A stretch of 64,000 nt of DNA from Acutalibacteraceae bacterium (GTDB lineage: Bacteria; Bacillota; Clostridia; Oscillospirales; Acutalibacteraceae): contig JAZONO010000076.1 of assembly GCA_045654545.1 (NCBI GenBank), positions 2,683-66,682 on the forward strand, in the 5' to 3' direction. The notes under the pieces were generated by a model that did not search any database, had not been told where the DNA came from, and worked only from the letters and a program-made list of their open reading frames with translations. Each line of letters begins with the position of its first letter. Position 1 is the stretch's first letter. Of this stretch, positions 62,877-64,000 are shown in pieces. The translations under genes were made by a program, and so were the position numbers.

Positions 62877-63566
62877 ATGCGTAACGATATTACCAGTATT
62901 CCCGTAAGCGAGGTGTTTGAACCGCGCGACGGCTGTCCTATTTGCCGCATGCGAGACCGTTTGGAAGAGCGTGTGGTGGAATATATCACCGGTGCGGCGA
63001 TGATGGAACCCGACGTGCGTGAAGATACCAACAAGCAAGGGTTTTGCATCACCCACTACCGTCAAATGCTCAAACGCCGCAATCGGTTGAGTGTGGCGTT
63101 GATGCTGGAAAGCCATCTGGCGGAAACCGAAAAGAAGGTGTTTGCCGGCTTGCCGCTTGTGGGCAAACGCACCACCAAACAGGTGCGTGCCGCCGAAAAA
63201 GCGGCGGAGAGCTGCTTTGTGTGCAGTCAGGTGGAATGGGGGATGGAGCGTATGCTCGCCACCGTTTGTCGGTTGTATGAGCAACAGAAGGATTTCCGCA
63301 CCCTGTTTTCGGAACAGGAGTATCTGTGCTTGCCGCACTTTTCGCGTTTGGCGATTCCGGCCGGCGGCATGGATAAGCGGTGGCAACAGGAATTTTTGAA
63401 AGCGGCATCGGCATTGTCGCGAAAATACATCACCGAATTGCGGCACGACGTGCACCATTTCACCGAGATGTTCGATTATCGCAACAACGGGGAAGACGCC
63501 GATTGGGGCAACGCCAAAGACTCCATTGAACGGGCGGTGGAATACCTCACTTCTCGTGAACCGTAA
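62877..63566 (+). CDS. hypothetical Cys-rich protein (possibly DUF6062-like)
   Basis: CPICRMRD...GFCITHY...CFVCSQVE...CLPHF arrangement. ATG 62877 follows AAAGGTGG. The ORF opens at GTG 62865. Confidence 0.5.
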   Translation: MRNDITSIPVSEVFEPRDGCPICRMRDRLEERVVEYITGAAMMEPDVREDTNKQGFCITHYRQMLKRRNRLSVALMLESHLAETEKKVFAGLPLVGKRTTKQVRAAEKAAESCFVCSQVEWGMERMLATVCRLYEQQKDFRTLFSEQEYLCLPHFSRLAIPAGGMDKRWQQEFLKAASALSRKYITELRHDVHHFTEMFDYRNNGEDADWGNAKDSIERAVEYLTSREP

Positions 63567-63635
63567 CGGTTAGGGTTTGCACGCTCACCCTAGTGTAAAG
63601 GCTGAAGCACTTACAAAATTTTTAAAGAAAACCTC

Positions 63636-63664
63636 TTGACAAAACACAGGTTTTCGTGTATAAT
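63636..63664 (+). promoter_or_regulatory. consensus sigma-A promoter upstream of ylxM
   Basis: TTGACA (63636..63641), a 17-nt spacer, then TATAAT (63659..63664). Confidence 0.7.
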
Positions 63665-63705
63665 GAGTTGTAAAGTTTTGCAACTTTACAACTCGTTTTA
63701 TTTTA
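63665..63705 (+). promoter_or_regulatory. 13-bp perfect palindrome plus T-rich tract at the ylxM transcription start region
   Basis: GAGTTGTAAAGTT-TTGC-AACTTTACAACTC (63665..63694) followed by GTTTTATTTTA. It starts immediately after the -10 box. Confidence 0.5.
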
Positions 63706-63725
63706 CGGAAAAGGAGGGACCGTCG

Positions 63726-64000
63726 ATGGCCAAAAATATGGAGATTGCATTCCTGTTTGATTTCTACGGTGAGATGCTGACGGAAAAGCAACGGGACGTG
63801 ATCGAACTGTATTATGAGGACGATCTGTCGCTGTCGGAGATTGCCGAAAACGAAGGAATCACTCGTCAGGGCGTGCGCGATTCCATTAAGCGTGCGGAAA
63901 CGCAGCTTTTGGAAATGGAAGAGCGTTTAGGCTTGGCTAAACGGTTCCGCGAGATGCAGGAGGGCGTGGCGGCGATTCAGGATGCCGCCGACGACATCTA
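63726..64000 (+). CDS. ylxM: YlxM/UPF0122 putative DNA-binding protein (SRP-operon leader gene), 3' end outside the window
   Basis: [49 protein letters not shown] matches the YlxM family. ATG 63726 follows AAAAGGAGGG. The frame is open to the window end. Confidence 0.8.
   Translation, partial: MAKNMEIAFLFDFYGEMLTEKQRDVIELYYEDDLSLSEIAENEGITRQGVRDSIKRAETQLLEMEERLGLAKRFREMQEGVAAIQDAADDI

Overview
This is a 64-kb chromosomal segment from a high-GC Firmicute. Hand counts of single 60-nt lines give about 60% GC outside one island. The organism is most likely an endospore-forming member of class Clostridia; this is inferred from cotJA-cotJB-cotJC, spoIIAA-spoIIAB-sigF, a DHHW/MBOAT pair and general protein signatures. 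I call about 60 protein genes, almost all ordinary housekeeping or metabolic. They include a HemN/HemZ-like radical SAM fragment, a GyrB/ParE- and GyrA/ParC-type topoisomerase pair, a DUF1538 permease with a tandem P-II protein, DegV, hemolysin III, a sigma-70 factor and ilvE. They also include an SsuABC-like ABC system with a Crp/Fnr regulator, folC, a MacB-type ABC fusion, uvrC, citrate synthase, aconitase, an NSS transporter, a PadR operon and the start of ylxM. A maltodextrin cluster carries malEFG-like genes, glgP and malQ. There are three tRNAs: Leu-CAG, and an Asp-GTC plus Thr-GGT pair. I saw no rRNA, CRISPR array, transposase, integrase, or recognisable defence or toxin system. The unusual signals are non-coding. 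(1) A repeat family bounded by 23-nt inverted termini occurs as a 275-bp, a 151-bp and a 44-bp form (7291..7565, 61229..61379, 6389..6432), with compensatory changes in the terminal stem. (2) A 131-nt four-way-junction (cloverleaf-like) palindromic element lies in a convergent intergenic region (51048..51178). (3) A 26-bp duplication of the tRNA-Leu 3' end abuts a truncated GH3 pseudogene. (4) A roughly 3.8-kb lower-GC island sits next to tRNA-Thr, and its edge carries an array of conserved decamers alternating with variable mini-hairpins. (5) Four decayed gene relics are present. All family assignments come from reading the translations, not from database searches.
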